Origin: an uncultured beta proteobacterium
Lineage (GTDB): Bacteria; Pseudomonadota; Gammaproteobacteria; Burkholderiales; JAEUMW01
DNA: 64,000 nt
Direction of reading: 5' to 3'
Assembly (NCBI GenBank): GCA_963719715.1
Contig: CAVRDD010000049.1
Coordinates: forward strand, 147,779-211,778
The notes below the pieces were generated by a model. The model was not told where the DNA came from. It ran no database searches and saw only the letters and a list, made by a program, of their open reading frames with translations. The translations under genes were made by a program, and so were the position numbers. Shown in pieces: positions 32,640-45,844 of this stretch (positions are counted from its first letter, which is position 1; each line of letters starts with the position of its first letter).

Positions 32640-32660
32640 GGTCGCGTCTAGGTCGCGTCT
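32640..32660. repeat. 10-bp direct repeat GGTCGCGTCT-A-GGTCGCGTCT at the thyA truncation point
   Basis: Read directly at 32640-32649 and 32651-32660, between the thyA stub and the convergent ilvD stop. Confidence 0.6.
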
Positions 32661-32683
32661 TGCCTTTTGCCTAATTTAAGCGC

Positions 32684-34366
32684 TCAGTCGGTCACCGCGC
32701 CCCTGCTCGCGGAGGACACGAGCTTCGCGTACTTCGCGAGCACGCCGCGGGTGTAGCGCGGCGGCGCGCGGCTGCCAGGCCGCGCGTCGCGTCGCCAGCT
32801 CGGCGTCGGCGACGTCGAGCTGGATCAGGCGCCGTTCGGCGTCGATGGTGATCGAGTCGCCCTCGTGCACGAGCGCGATGGTGCCGCCGACCGCCGCCTC
32901 GGGCGCGACGTGCCCGACCACCATGCCCCAGGTGCCGCCCGAGAAGCGGCCGTCGGTGATGAGGCCGACCGACTCGCCCAGCCCGTCGCCGATGATGGCG
33001 GAGGTCGGCGACAGCATCTCGCGCATGCCGGGGCCGCCCTTCGGGCCTTCGTAGCGGATCACGACCACGTCGCCGGCGTGGATGCGTTGGCGAGGATCGC
33101 CGCCATGCGCTCCTCCTCCGAGTCGAAGACGCGCGCCGGCCCGGTGATCGCGGCATGCTTGAGGCCGGTGATCTTGGCCACACACGCCTTCCTCGGCGAG
33201 ATTGCCCTTCAGGATCGCGAGATGGCCCTGCTCGTACATCGGATTCGACCACGGCCGGATCACGTCCTGATCCGCGCGCGGCTGCCGAGGCGACATCGTC
33301 CAGCAGCTCGGCGACCGTCTTGCCGGTGATGGTCATGCAGTCGCCGTGCAGGAGATCGTGGTCGAGCAGCATCCTCATCACCTGCGGAATGCCGCCGGCG
33401 CGGTGCAGGTCGGTCGCGACATAACGACCGGATGGCTTGAGATCGCACAGCACCGGCACGCGCTGCGCGCACGCGCTCGAAGTCGTCGATGGTCCAGTCG
33501 ACTTCCGCCGCATGCGCGATGGCGAGGTAGTGCAGCACCGCGTTGGTGGAACCGCCCACCGCCATGATCACCGAGACGGCGTTCTCGATCGACTTGCGCG
33601 TGATGATGTCGCGCGGCAGGACGCTGCGCACGGATCGCGTCCAGCAGCACCTCCGCCGACTGCGCGGCGCTCTCGCGCTTTTCCTCGTCCTCGGCGGCCA
33701 TCGTCGAGGAGTGCATGAGGCTCATGCCCATCGCCTCGAACGCGGAGGACATGGTGTTGGCCGTGTACATGCCGCCGCACGATCCCGCGCCGGGACAGGC
33801 GTGCCGCTCGATCGCCGAAGCAGCTCGGCTTCGTCGATCTTGCCCGGCGGTGAACTGGCCGACCGCCTCGAACGCGCTCACGATGGTGAGATCGTGGCCG
33901 CGGTAGTGGCCGGGCTTGATGGTGCCGCCGTAGACGAAGATGCGCCGGGATGTTCATGCGCGCCATCGCGATCATCGCGCCGGGCATGTTCTTGTCGCAG
34001 CCGCCGATGGCGACCACACCGTCCATGCTCTCGGCCGTTGCAGACGGTCTCGATCGAATCGGCGATCACCTCGCGCGACACGAGCGAGTACTTCATGCCC
34101 TCGGTGCCCATCGAGATGCCGTCGGATACGGTGATGGTGCCGAACGTCTGCGGCATGCCGCCGGTGGCCTTGACCGCCAGCTCGCAGCGGCGCGTGAGGT
34201 CGTTCAGCCCGAGATTGCACGGCGTGATGGTGCTGTACCCGTTGGCGATGCCGACGATGGGCTTCTCGAAGTCGTCGTCCCCGAAGCCGACCGCGCGCAG
34301 CATGGCGCGGTTGGGTGAACGCTGCACGCCCTGGGTGACGATGCGGCTCCTGCGATTGTCGGACAT
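32684..34366 (-). pseudogene. ilvD: dihydroxy-acid dehydratase IlvD, many frameshifts
   Basis: [51 protein letters not shown] is in ORF 33878. Fragments such as [58 protein letters not shown] and the end [24 protein letters not shown] are scattered over three frames. Confidence 0.9.
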
Positions 34367-34471
34367 TCTCGTAATCTCCTGTGCACTCGATGTCGAGCCT
34401 GCAGCGCCGGTGCGGGCCGCCGCAAGGCGGGCTCGTATAATCGCGAATCTTAGCGCAAGCCGGACCCCCTC

Positions 34472-35254
34472 ATGCTCGTTCACCCGCAGTTCGACCCCGT
34501 CGCGATCCATCTCGGGCCGCTCGCCGTGCGTTGGTACGGGCTCATGTATCTCCTCGGGTTTGCGGCTGCCATCGTGCTCGGCCGCTACCGCATCCGCAAT
34601 CAGCCGGGCGCGCCCATCACCGCCCAAGGACTCGACGACCTGGTGCTCTACGCCCTGTTCGGCGTGATTCTCGGCGGGCGGCTGGGCTACGTGCTGTTCT
34701 ACAAGTTCTCCGACTATCTCGCGCATCCACTTTCCATCTTCGCCATCTGGGAAGGCGGCATGTCGTTTCACGGCGGCCTGCTCGGCGTGCTCTTCGCGGC
34801 TGCGCTCTTCTGCCAGCGCAGCGGCAAGTCATGGCTTGCCGTAATGGACTTCGTGGCGCCGCTCTGTCCGCTCGGTCTGGGCGCCGGTCGCATCGGCAAC
34901 TTCATCAACGCCGAGCTTCCCGGACGGCCCACGGATGTGCCCTGGGCGATGGTCTTCCCGAACGTGGACGCGTTCGCACGCCATCCCTCGCAGCTCTACG
35001 AGTTCGCGCTCGAAGGCATCGCCCTTTTCGTGCTGCTGTGGTGGTTCTCCGGCAAGCCGCGCCCGCGCGGCGCGGTCTCCGCGCTTTTCCTGATCGGCTA
35101 CGGCGTCTTCCGTTTCGCGGTGGAGTTCACCCGCCAGCCCGACGACTTTCTCGGATTCCTCGCCCTCGGCTGGACCATGGGGCAGTGGCTGAGCCTGCCC
35201 ATGATCGCCGCCGGCGTTCTCATGATGGTCTGGGCTTACCGGCGCCCGGCCTGA
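34472..35254 (+). CDS. lgt: prolipoprotein diacylglyceryl transferase
   Basis: Intact, 260 aa. [55 protein letters not shown] and HPSQLYE are present. Confidence 0.9.
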   Translation: MLVHPQFDPVAIHLGPLAVRWYGLMYLLGFAAAIVLGRYRIRNQPGAPITAQGLDDLVLYALFGVILGGRLGYVLFYKFSDYLAHPLSIFAIWEGGMSFHGGLLGVLFAAALFCQRSGKSWLAVMDFVAPLCPLGLGAGRIGNFINAELPGRPTDVPWAMVFPNVDAFARHPSQLYEFALEGIALFVLLWWFSGKPRPRGAVSALFLIGYGVFRFAVEFTRQPDDFLGFLALGWTMGQWLSLPMIAAGVLMMVWAYRRPA

Positions 35255-35302
35255 GGCGCCGCCGCGGTTGCCGCTGTCGTTGCGGATACATAGAATCCGG
35301 CA

Positions 35303-35857
35303 ATGACATCGGTCGATGCGCGCGAACCCCTCCGCAACATCTTTCTCGTCGGTCTCATGGGCGCCGGCAAGACGTCCGTCGGGCGTCTGCTCGCGAGGGA
35401 TCTGCGCATGACCTTCATCGATTGCGATCACGAGATCGAGAAGCGCACCGGCGTCACCGTGTCGGTGATCTTCGAAATCGAAGGCGAAGAGGGATTTCGT
35501 CGGCGCGAGTCCGCGCTCCTGTGTGAGCTGGTGCTGGCGGACAACGTCGTGCTCGCAACCGGCGGCGGCGCGGTGCTATGGCAGGAGAACCGCGAAGCGC
35601 TCGCGTGCAACGGCTTCGTGGTCTATTTGCGGGCGAGCGTCGACGAGCTCTGGCAGCGCACCCGGCACGACCGCAGCCGGCCACTGCTGCGCACCGAGAA
35701 TCCGCACGCACGGCTGGCCGAACTTTTCGAGCAACGTGACCCGCTCTATCGCGAAGTGGCTGACATCACGGTGGACACCGGCAGCCAGAGCCTGCGCCAG
35801 TTGGTGAGCCAGCTCGAGCAGCGGCTGCGCCAGTCGCTGCCGCGCGAGCCTGCCTGA
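35303..35857 (+). CDS. aroK: shikimate kinase
   Basis: NIFLVGLMGAGKTSVGRLLA (P-loop) and ...LATGGGAV. Confidence 0.9.
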   Translation: MTSVDAREPLRNIFLVGLMGAGKTSVGRLLARDLRMTFIDCDHEIEKRTGVTVSVIFEIEGEEGFRRRESALLCELVLADNVVLATGGGAVLWQENREALACNGFVVYLRASVDELWQRTRHDRSRPLLRTENPHARLAELFEQRDPLYREVADITVDTGSQSLRQLVSQLEQRLRQSLPREPA

Positions 35858-35868
35858 GGCATCTGCCG

Positions 35869-36964
<1,096 letters not shown>

Positions 36965-36972
<8 letters not shown>

Positions 36973-38093
36973 AGCTGGCGCCCTACGCCGTGCACTCCGC
37001 GCAGCTCGCGCGGGCGCCGTGCATCCCGAAGCCGCGCCCGCCGCGCCGCAGCGAATTCCAGCGCGACCGCGACCGCATCATTCACTCCACCGCGTTCCGC
37101 CGGCTCGAATACAAGACCCAGGTCTTCGTCAACCACGAAGGCGATCTGTTCCGCACGCGCCTCACGCACAGCCTGGAAGTCGCGCAGATCGGGCGCACGG
37201 TCGCCCGCGCGCTCGCGCTGAACGAGGACCTGGTCGAGGCGATTGCGCTCGCGCACGATCTCGGCCACACGCCGTTCGGCCACGCCGGTCAGGATGCGCT
37301 GAACGCCTGCATGAAGCGCACATGGCGGATTCGAGCACAATCTGCAGTCGCCTGCGCGTGGTCGACGTGCTCGAAGAGCGCTACGCCGCGTTCGACGGAC
37401 TCAACCTGTCCTTCGAGACGCGCGAGGGCATCCTCAAACACTGCTCGCCGTGCCGCGGCGAAGACCTGGGTGAAGTCGGCGAGCGCTTCCTTGACGCGCG
37501 TGCAGCCGTCGCTCGAAGCGCAGATCGCGAATCTGGCCGACGAGATCGCCTACAACAATCACGACGTCGACGACGGCATCCGTTCCGGACTGGTGAGCCT
37601 CGACGAGCTCGCCTCCACCAGCATCGTGCGCCGCCATCTGGAGCGCGTGCGGAGCGACTACCCCGAACTCGGAGGGCGGCGCCTCGTGCACGAGACGGTG
37701 CGGCGGATGATCAACACGCTGGTGAGCGACCTCGTCGCGCAAAGCCGCGCCAACATCGATGCAGCGGCACCCATGTCGGTCGAGGCGGTGCGGCGCGCGC
37801 CGCCGCTCATTGCATTCAGTGCGGACGTGCAAACGGAGCAGCAGGAACTCAAGCGCTACCTTCGGCGGAATCTGTACGAGCATTTTCGCGTCGCGCGCAT
37901 GAGCCGCAAGTCGAAGCGCGTCGTGGCCGAGCTGTTTCAGGCTTTCTTCGAGGAGCCGCACCTGCTGCCCCCGCAGTATCAGGCGCGCCAGCGCAGCGAG
38001 GGACCGCGCGCGATCGCGGATTACGTTGCCGGGATGACCGACCGATTCGCCATTCGCGAACATCGTAGGCTCTACGCAATCGAAGAATCGTGA
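36965..38093 (+). pseudogene. dgt: dGTP triphosphohydrolase-like HD-domain protein, several frameshifts
   Basis: [49 protein letters not shown]...[14 protein letters not shown] is in ORF 36543. It continues in other frames and ends [15 protein letters not shown]. Three frames are used within the first ~60 nt. Confidence 0.75.
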
Positions 38094-38306
38094 CCCGTCT
38101 TGGTGCGCCGTGCTGCAATGCGGTGCATGCGCGGCGTCTCCTCAGGTATTTCCGCATTTTCAGTAGCTTGTAACGGTTGAAGGCGGGGTGCGATCGAGAT
38201 ACACTCTGCAGCCCTCCGCCACATTTTCCGCTTTGCGTCGTGGACGCCTGCCGCGTTCGAGCCGCGGCGACGTGAGGACCGGCTTGACTCTACCGCGAGG
38301 TCGCCC

Positions 38307-41300
38307 GTGAACGAATATCTTCCCCCCCGCCAAGGCCTGTACGATCCCCAGAACGAACACGACGCCTGTGGCGTCGGTTTCGTCGCACACATCAAGGGTT
38401 CGAAGTCCCACGAGATCGTCCAGCAGGGACTGCAGATCCTGAAGAACCTCAACCATCGCGGCGCAGTGGGCGCGGACCCGCTTGCCGGTGATGGCGCCGG
38501 CATTCTGCTCCAGATGCCCGACCAGTTTTTCCGCGCAGAGATGGCCAAGCAGGGCGTGGCTCTGCCGCCGTTCGGCGAATACGGCGTCGGCATGCTGTTC
38601 CTGCCGCAGGAGCCGGCCTCGCGGCTCGCCTGCGAGGAGGAAATCGAACGCGCGATCAGCGCCGAGGGGCAGGTGCTGCTCGGTTGGCGCGACGTGCCGA
38701 GAGACAACTCCGGCATCGGCGAATCGGTGAAGAAGATCGAGCCGGTGATCCGCCAGGTCTTCATCGGGCGCGGGGTGGGCGTCACCGTCACCGATGCGCT
38801 GGAGCGCAAGCTTTATGTCATCCGCAAGTCTGCGGGACACGCCATCCGTGCCCTGAAGCTCGCGCATGGCAAGGAGTTCTACGTGCCCTCGATGTCGGCG
38901 CGCACCATCGTCTACAAGGGGATGCTGCTCGCCCACCAGGTTGGCACCTACTACAAGGACCTGCAGGACCCATCGGTGGTGTCGGCGCTGGCGCTCGTGC
39001 ACCAGCGCTTCTCGACCAACACCTTCCCGACCTGGGATCTGTCGCATCCGTTCCGGATGATCGCGCACAACGGCGAGATCAACACGCTGCGCGGCAACGT
39101 GAACTGGGTCCGCGCCCGGCAGCACGCCATCTCGTCACCGGTGCTCGGAAAGGATCTGGAGAAGGTGTGGCCGCTTATCTATCCGGGTCAATCGGACTCG
39201 GCGTCGTTCGACAACGCGCTCGAGATGCTGGTGATGAGCGGGTATTCGGTGGCGCACGCCATGATGATGCTGATCCCCGAGGCATGGGAAAAGCACACGC
39301 TGATGGATGCGAACCGGCGCGCCTTCTACGAGTACCACGCAGCGATGATGGAGCCGTGGGACGGCCCGGCCGCGGTTGCCTTCACCGACGGACGCCAGAT
39401 CGGCGCAACGCTTGATCGCAACGGCCTGCGGCCGGCACGTTATCTGGTGACCGACGATGATCTGGTGGTGATGGCGTCCGAGACCGGCGTGCTGCCGATC
39501 GCCGAGGAGCGCATCATCAAGAAGTGGCGTCTGCAGCCCGGCAAGATGTTCATGGTCGATCTCGAGGCCGGACGCATCATCGACGACAAGGAACTGAAGG
39601 ACTCGCTTTCCACCGCGAAGCCCTATCGCGAATGGATCGAGCGCATCCGCATCAAGCTCGACGACCTGCCGGCACCGACCGAGCCTCGCGAAGAGAGCAC
39701 GACACCGCTGCTCGATCGCCAGCAGGCATTCGGCTATACGCAGGAGGACCTCAAGTACATCCTCGGCCCGATGGCGCAGAACGGAGAAGAAGGGATCGGT
39801 TCGATGGGCAACGACAGCCCGCTCGCCGTGCTCTCCGACAAGAACAAGCCGCTTTACAGCTACTTCAAACAGCTCTTCGCGCAGGTCACCAATCCACCGA
39901 TCGACCCGATCCGCGAAGATCTCGTGATGTCGCTCGTATCCTTCATCGGACCAAAGCCGAACCTCTTGGGGGTCGACGAGACCAACCCGCCGCTTCGCTT
40001 CGAAGTCAGCCAGCCCGTGCTGAGCTTCGACCAGATGCAGACGATCCGTTACATTTCGACGTTACACGCGCGGCAAGTTTCGCTCGTGCGAGATCGACAT
40101 CACCTACCCGGTCGCCTGGGGCAGCCGGGCGATCGAAGCGCGGCTCGCCAGCCTGTGTGCGCAGGCGGAGGACATGGTGCGCTCGGGTTGCCAGATCCTG
40201 ATCGTTTCCGACCGCAACGTGAATGCCGAGCAGGTCGCCATTCCGGCGCTGCTCGCGCTGTCCGCCATTCATCAGCACCTGGTCGACAAGGGGCTGCGCA
40301 CCTCGGCAGGTCTGGTGGTCGAAACCGGTTCGGCGCGAGAGGTCCATCATTTTGCATTGCTCGCAGGTTACGGGGCCGAGGCGGTTCATCCCTATCTCGC
40401 GCTCGAGACCATCCTGCACGGCGGCAGCGACTACATCCTGCCGGATTACCGCGGCGAGAAGGGCGTCGCCCACTACATCAAGGCGATCGGCAAGGGATTG
40501 ATGAAGGTCATGTCCAAGATGGGCATCTCGACCTACATGTCCTACACCGGCGCGCAGATCTTCGAGGCCGTCGGCCTGTCGCGCGCGCTCGTCGACAAGT
40601 ATTTCACCGGCACCACGTCCAGCGTGGAAGGCATCGGCGTGTTCGAAGTCGCAGAGGAGGCCATCGTCGTGCACCGTGCCGCCTTCAGCGACGATCCAGT
40701 GCTTGCGCGCGCGCTCGACACCGGCGGCGAATACGCCTTCCGCGTGCGCGGCGAGGAGCACATGTGGACGCCGGATGCGATCGCGAAGCTGCAGCACTCC
40801 ACGCGCACCAACAGCGTCGGCACCTACCGCGAGTACGCGCAGATCATCAACGACCAGTCGCGGCGGCACATGACGTTGCGCGGGCTGTTCGAGATCAAGA
40901 TTGATCCCGCGACATCGATCCCCATCGACGAAGTGGAACCGGCGAAGAGCATCGTGCGGCGTTTCGCCACCGGCGCGATGTCCCTGGGCTCGATCTCGAC
41001 CGAGGCACACACCTCTCTCGCCATCGCGATGAACCGCATCGGCGGCAAGTCGAACACCGGTGAAGGTGGCGAGGATCCGCGCCGCTACACGCCGGTGAAG
41101 GACGGCGATACGCTGGCGGGGCTGCTCGGCCGTGACCGCATCATGCGCGACCTGCCGCTGAAGGCGGGTGACTCGCTGCGCTCGCGCATCAAGCAGGTGG
41201 CGTCCGGCCGCTTCGGTGTCACCGCGGAGTACCTGACGAGCGCGGACCAGATCCAGATCAAGATGGCGCAGGGCGCGAAGCCCGGCGAGGGCGGGCAGTT

Positions 41301-42966
41301 GCCCGGTCACAAGGTGTCCGAGTACATCGCCGAGCTGCGCTTTTCGGTGCCGGGGGTCGGCCTCATCTCGCCGCCGCCGCACCACGACATCTACTCGATC
41401 GAGGATCTGGCGCAGCTCATTCACGACCTCAAGAACGGCAATCCGCAGGCCTCGATCAGCGTCAAGCTGGTCTCCGAGATCGGTGTCGGTACCGTGGCGG
41501 CGGGCGTGTCCAAGGCGAAGGCCGATCACGTGACCATCGCCGGTCACGATGGAGGTAGCGGGGCCAGTCCGTGGTCTTCCATCAAGCACGCCGGCACACC
41601 GTGGGAGCTCGGGCTCGCCGAGACCCAGCAGACGCTAGTGTTGAACCGGCTGCGCGGTCGCATCGCGGTGCAGGTGGACGGACAGATGAAAACCGGTCGC
41701 GACGTTCTGATCGGCGCCCTGCTCGGCGCGGACGAGGTCGGTTTCGCCACCGCTCCGCTCGTGGTGCAGGGCTGCATCATGATGCGCAAGTGCCATCTCA
41801 ACACCTGCCCGGTGGGCGTGGCCACACAGGATCCGGAGTTGCGCAAGAAGTTCTCCGGCCAGCCTGAGCACGTGGTCAACTTTTTCTTCTTCGTGGCGGA
41901 GGAACTGCGCGAGTACATGGCGCAACTCGGCATCCGCCGCTTCGATGAGCTGATCGGTCGCAGCGACCTGCTCGACATGAAGAAGGGAATCGAGCACTGG
42001 AAGGCGAAAGGGCTCGACTTCTCACGCATCTTCTACATGCCGTCGATGCCGCCCGAGGTCGCCCGCTTCCATCAGGAGGAGCAGGACCACGGTCTTGAGC
42101 ACGCGCTCGATCATCGCCTGATCGAACTCGCGCGGAGCTGCGATCGAACGCGGGGAGCGAGTGTTGATCGAGATGCCCATCCGCAACGTGAACCGGACTG
42201 CCGGCACCATGCTCTCGTCCGAGGTCGCCCGCCGCCACGGCCACAAGGGTCTGCCCGACGACACTATCCACGTCAAGCTGGCGGGGTCTGCGGGTCAGAG
42301 CTTCGGTGCCTTCCTTGCGCACGGCATCACACTCGATCTGATCGGCGAGGGCAACGACTACGTCGGCAAGGGACTCTCCGGTGGACGCATCATCGTGCAG
42401 CCGTCCGCCAAGTTCCGCGGTGTCCCCAGGGAAAACATCATCGTCGGCAATACGGTGCTGTACGGGGCGATCACGGGTGAGGCGTATTTCCGCGGTGTGG
42501 CCGGCGAGCGCTTCGCCGTGCGCAACTCGGGAGCGCATACCGTCGTCGAGGGAGTCGGTGACCACGGCTGCGAATACATGACCGGCGGCACGGTGGTCGT
42601 CATCGGCACCATGACGGGGCGCAACTTCGCCGCCGGCATGTCGGGCGGCATCGCCTACGTTCTCGATCTGGACGGCACCTTCAAGGACCGCTGCAACACG
42701 ACGCATGGTCAAGATCGAGCCGCTGTTGGCGGAAGCCGAGCAGGAAGGCAAGGTCCCGCGGGAAGTCTGGCATCTCGACAGTTCCGACGAGTCGGTGGTC
42801 AAGCGCCTGCTGACGTCCCACCTGCGCTACACGGGCAGCACGCAGGCGAAGCAGGTGCTTGATCACTGGAACGAGTTTCCGGCCCCGCTTCGTGAAGGTG
42901 TTCCCGAACGAATACCGGCGCGCGCTTGGCGAACTCGCCGCGAAAGGCAGCAAGCTCGCGGCCTGA
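38307..42966 (+). pseudogene. gltB: glutamate synthase large subunit GltB, at least 4-5 frameshifts (near 40070-40170, 42130, 42700, 42885)
   Basis: GTG start. YDPQNEHDACGVGFVAHIKG (Ntn amidotransferase Cys) runs through ORF 38307. The FMN and Fe-S domains are in ORF 40174 (GEGGEDP..., [29 protein letters not shown]). The GXGXG domain is in ORF 42161. The tail is in two further frames ending at TGA 42964-42966. Confidence 0.9.
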
Positions 42967-43010
42967 CAAAGCCTGGCGATGAACCCTCGACCCTCTGAAA
43001 CGGAGACTGA

Positions 43011-44461
43011 ATGGGCAAGATAACGGGATTCATGGAGTTTGAGCGCCTGCAGGAAGCGGCCGACCCGCCGGCCGAGCGTCGTCCGCCATTACGGGGAGTT
43101 CGTTCACCATCTCACGGATCAGGAAGCGGGCGTGCAGGGTGCGCGCTGCATGGATTGCGGCATCCCGTTCTGCATGAGCGGGTGCCCGGTCAACAACATC
43201 ATCCCGGACTGGAACGACCTGGTTTTTCGCGCAGAACTGGCAAGAGGCGCTCGACACGCTGCATTCCACCAACAATTTCCCGGAATTCACCGGGTCGCGT
43301 GTGTCCGGCACCCTGTGAGGCGGCGTGCACCCTCAACATCAACAACGACCGCCGTCGGCATCAAGTCGATCGAGCACGCCATCATCGACAAGGGCTGGGA
43401 GATGGGCTGGGTTGTACCCCAGCCGCCCAGCTCGAAGACGGGCAGGCGTGTCGCGGTGATCGGCTCCGGCCCAGCCGGTCTCGCCTGTGCCCAGCAGCTT
43501 GCACGGGCTGGACACGACGTGGTGCTCTTCGAGAAGAACGACCGCGTCGGCGGTCTGCTCCGTTATGGCATCCCGGACTTCAAGATGGAGAAGGATCACA
43601 TCGATCGGCGGATGGAGCAGATGCGCGCCGAAGGCGTCGAGTTTCGCGTAAATCAGCATGTCGGCGTGACCGTGGCGGGCTCAGCCCTGCTCGCTGAGTT
43701 CGACGCGGTCGTGCTGTCTGGCGGCTCCGAGCACCCGCGCGATCTCAAGGTGCCGGGGCGTGATCTCGACGGCATCTACTTCGCGATGGACTTCCTGCCG
43801 CTGCAGAACAAGCGCGTGGCCGGTGACCAGGGGGTGTCGCCCCTGATGGCGAAGGACAAGCATGTGATCGTGATCGGCGGCGGCGATACCGGGTCCGACT
43901 GCGTGGGCACATCGAATCGCCACGGCGCCAAGTCCGTCACCCAGTTCGAGCTGCTGCCGCAGCCGCCGGAGCAGGAAAACAAGCCGCTGACATGGCCTTA
44001 CTGGCCGCTCAAGCTGCGCACTTCCTCGTCTCACGAGGAAGGATGCGACCGCGACTGGGCGGTGACGACCAAGTCGTTCCGTGGCAGAGGGTGGCCGCGT
44101 CAAGGCATTGGTTGCGGCGCGGGTGGAATGGGTCAAAGACGAGAAAGGGCAGATGAGAATGGTCGAGGTGGCGGGTTCGGAGTTCGAACTCCCCGCTGAC
44201 CTGGTCCTCCTCGCCATGGGTTACCTGCATCCGGTACACGCCGGTCTGCTGGACGAGTTGGGCGTCGCCTACGACGGTCGTGGCAACGTCAATGCGACGG
44301 TCGATGGCACCGGCTGCTATCAGACTTCGGTGGACAAAGTCTTCGCCGCCGGCGACATGCGCCGTGGGCAGTCGCTGGTGGTCTGGGCCATTCGAGAGGG
44401 TCGCCAGTGCGCGCGCGCGGTGGACGAGTTCCTCATGGGAACCTCCGAGCTGCCGCGCTAA
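43011..44461 (+). pseudogene. gltD: glutamate synthase small subunit GltD, about 3-4 frameshifts
   Basis: [80 protein letters not shown] and [22 protein letters not shown] lie across ORFs 43011, 43039 and 44081. Confidence 0.9.
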
Positions 44462-44483
44462 CCAATCGCAAAGGACTGCCGCG

Positions 44484-44514
44484 AAGGACGCGCCCCCGGG
44501 CGCGTCCTTTTGCT
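44484..44514 (+). terminator. intrinsic terminator after gltD (AAGGACGCGCC...GGCGCGTCCTT followed by TTGCTT)
   Basis: Long GC-rich inverted repeat plus a short T-tail, read directly 23 nt after the gltD stop. Confidence 0.6.
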
Positions 44515-44526
44515 TCGAGCGCCGAA

Positions 44527-45588
44527 ATGACGAGACTGAAGAACGACACCTTTCTGCGCGCGCTGCTGCGGGAGCCGACGCCCTATACGCCGATCTGGAT
44601 CATGCGCCAGGCCGGCCGCTATCTGCCGGAATACAACCAGACGCGAGCCCGTGCCGGCAGCTTCCTCGACCTGTGCCGGAATCCGGACCTCGCCACCGAA
44701 GTCACGCTGCAGCCGCTCGCCCGCTTTCCGCTCGACGCGGCGATCGTATTTTCCGACATCCTCACCATTCCCGACGCCATGGGGCTCGGACTCTATTTCG
44801 CAGATGGCGAAGGGCCGAAGCTCGAGCGGCCGCTGCGCAACGAGTGGGAGATACGCGACCTCTCTGTGCCGGACATCGAGGCCCAGCTCGGCTATGTGTT
44901 GGAAGCTGTCGCGCAGGTGCGCCGCGCCCTCGACAACGAAGTGCCCCTCATCGGCTTCTCCGGCAGTCCCTTCACTCTGGCGTGCTACATGATCGAAGGC
45001 GGCGGCAGCACCGATTTTCACCAGCTGAAGCGGATGCTGTACACACGGCCCGATCTCCTGCACCGCATCCTGGAGGTCACCGCGACATCGGTTACGGCAT
45101 ACCTCAACGCACAGATCGCGCACGGCGCACAGGCGGTCATGCTGTTCGACACCTGGGGCGGGGCGCTGTCCCATGCCGCGTTCCATACTTTCTCGGCCCC
45201 TTACCTCAAGCGCGTCGTGGCCGGACTCACGCGCGAGCACCAGGGCATGCGCGTGCCCAGCATCGTGTTCACCAAGGGCGGCGGTCTGTGGCTGGAAACG
45301 CTGGCGGACTGCGGCTCGGATGCCCTCGGACTCGACTGGACAGTCGATATCGGCGCGGCCCGGCAGCGCGTCGGCAGCCGGCTCGCGCTGCAGGGCAACC
45401 TCGATCCCGCAGTCCTTCTCTCCACTCCCGACGCAGTGAGGCGCGAAGCCCGGCAGATTCTGGCCGCGTTCGGCAGTGGCACAGGCCATGTTTTCAATCT
45501 CGGCCACGGGGTTTCCCAGTTCACGCCACCCGAAAACGTCGCCGCGCTCGTCGATGCGGTCCACGAAGAGAGCACGCGCTATCACTGA
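44527..45588 (+). CDS. hemE: uroporphyrinogen decarboxylase
   Basis: Intact, 353 aa. [31 protein letters not shown] and [11 protein letters not shown] are HemE signatures. Confidence 0.9.
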   Translation: MTRLKNDTFLRALLREPTPYTPIWIMRQAGRYLPEYNQTRARAGSFLDLCRNPDLATEVTLQPLARFPLDAAIVFSDILTIPDAMGLGLYFADGEGPKLERPLRNEWEIRDLSVPDIEAQLGYVLEAVAQVRRALDNEVPLIGFSGSPFTLACYMIEGGGSTDFHQLKRMLYTRPDLLHRILEVTATSVTAYLNAQIAHGAQAVMLFDTWGGALSHAAFHTFSAPYLKRVVAGLTREHQGMRVPSIVFTKGGGLWLETLADCGSDALGLDWTVDIGAARQRVGSRLALQGNLDPAVLLSTPDAVRREARQILAAFGSGTGHVFNLGHGVSQFTPPENVAALVDAVHEESTRYH

Positions 45589-45844
45589 CCCACAAGAAAC
45601 TGCGCCTCTCGAGCAACCGCGTTAATCCACAGTAAAATCTACCGCAGCCAGAAGCGCCCCAGGGCAAATCTGCCTGTGCAGGCTCATACGCATCCACTTG
45701 ATTGCAAGAGCGTTTCCCGTGGCAGCCGAGGCGCTTGCGAAGCAAGCCAAGGTTGGGGGCGTTGCCAAAATCTCCGGATCGGCTCCGCTTTCCCACAGAG
45801 TTATTCACAACGTCGCTTTCTGTGCTGAGCGGACTTCTCGACCC

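Noticed and set aside
45623-45809. Two DnaA-box-like 9-mers in the hemE-priA intergenic region: TAATCCACA at 45623-45631 and TTATTCACA at 45801-45809. hemE neighbours oriC in some lineages, and parAB-rsmG lie in this window.
   Set aside because: There are only two boxes, each with a mismatch. I saw no AT-rich unwinding element or box cluster. In genomes with this atp-parBA-rsmG layout the origin is expected beyond rsmG/mnmG, outside the window.
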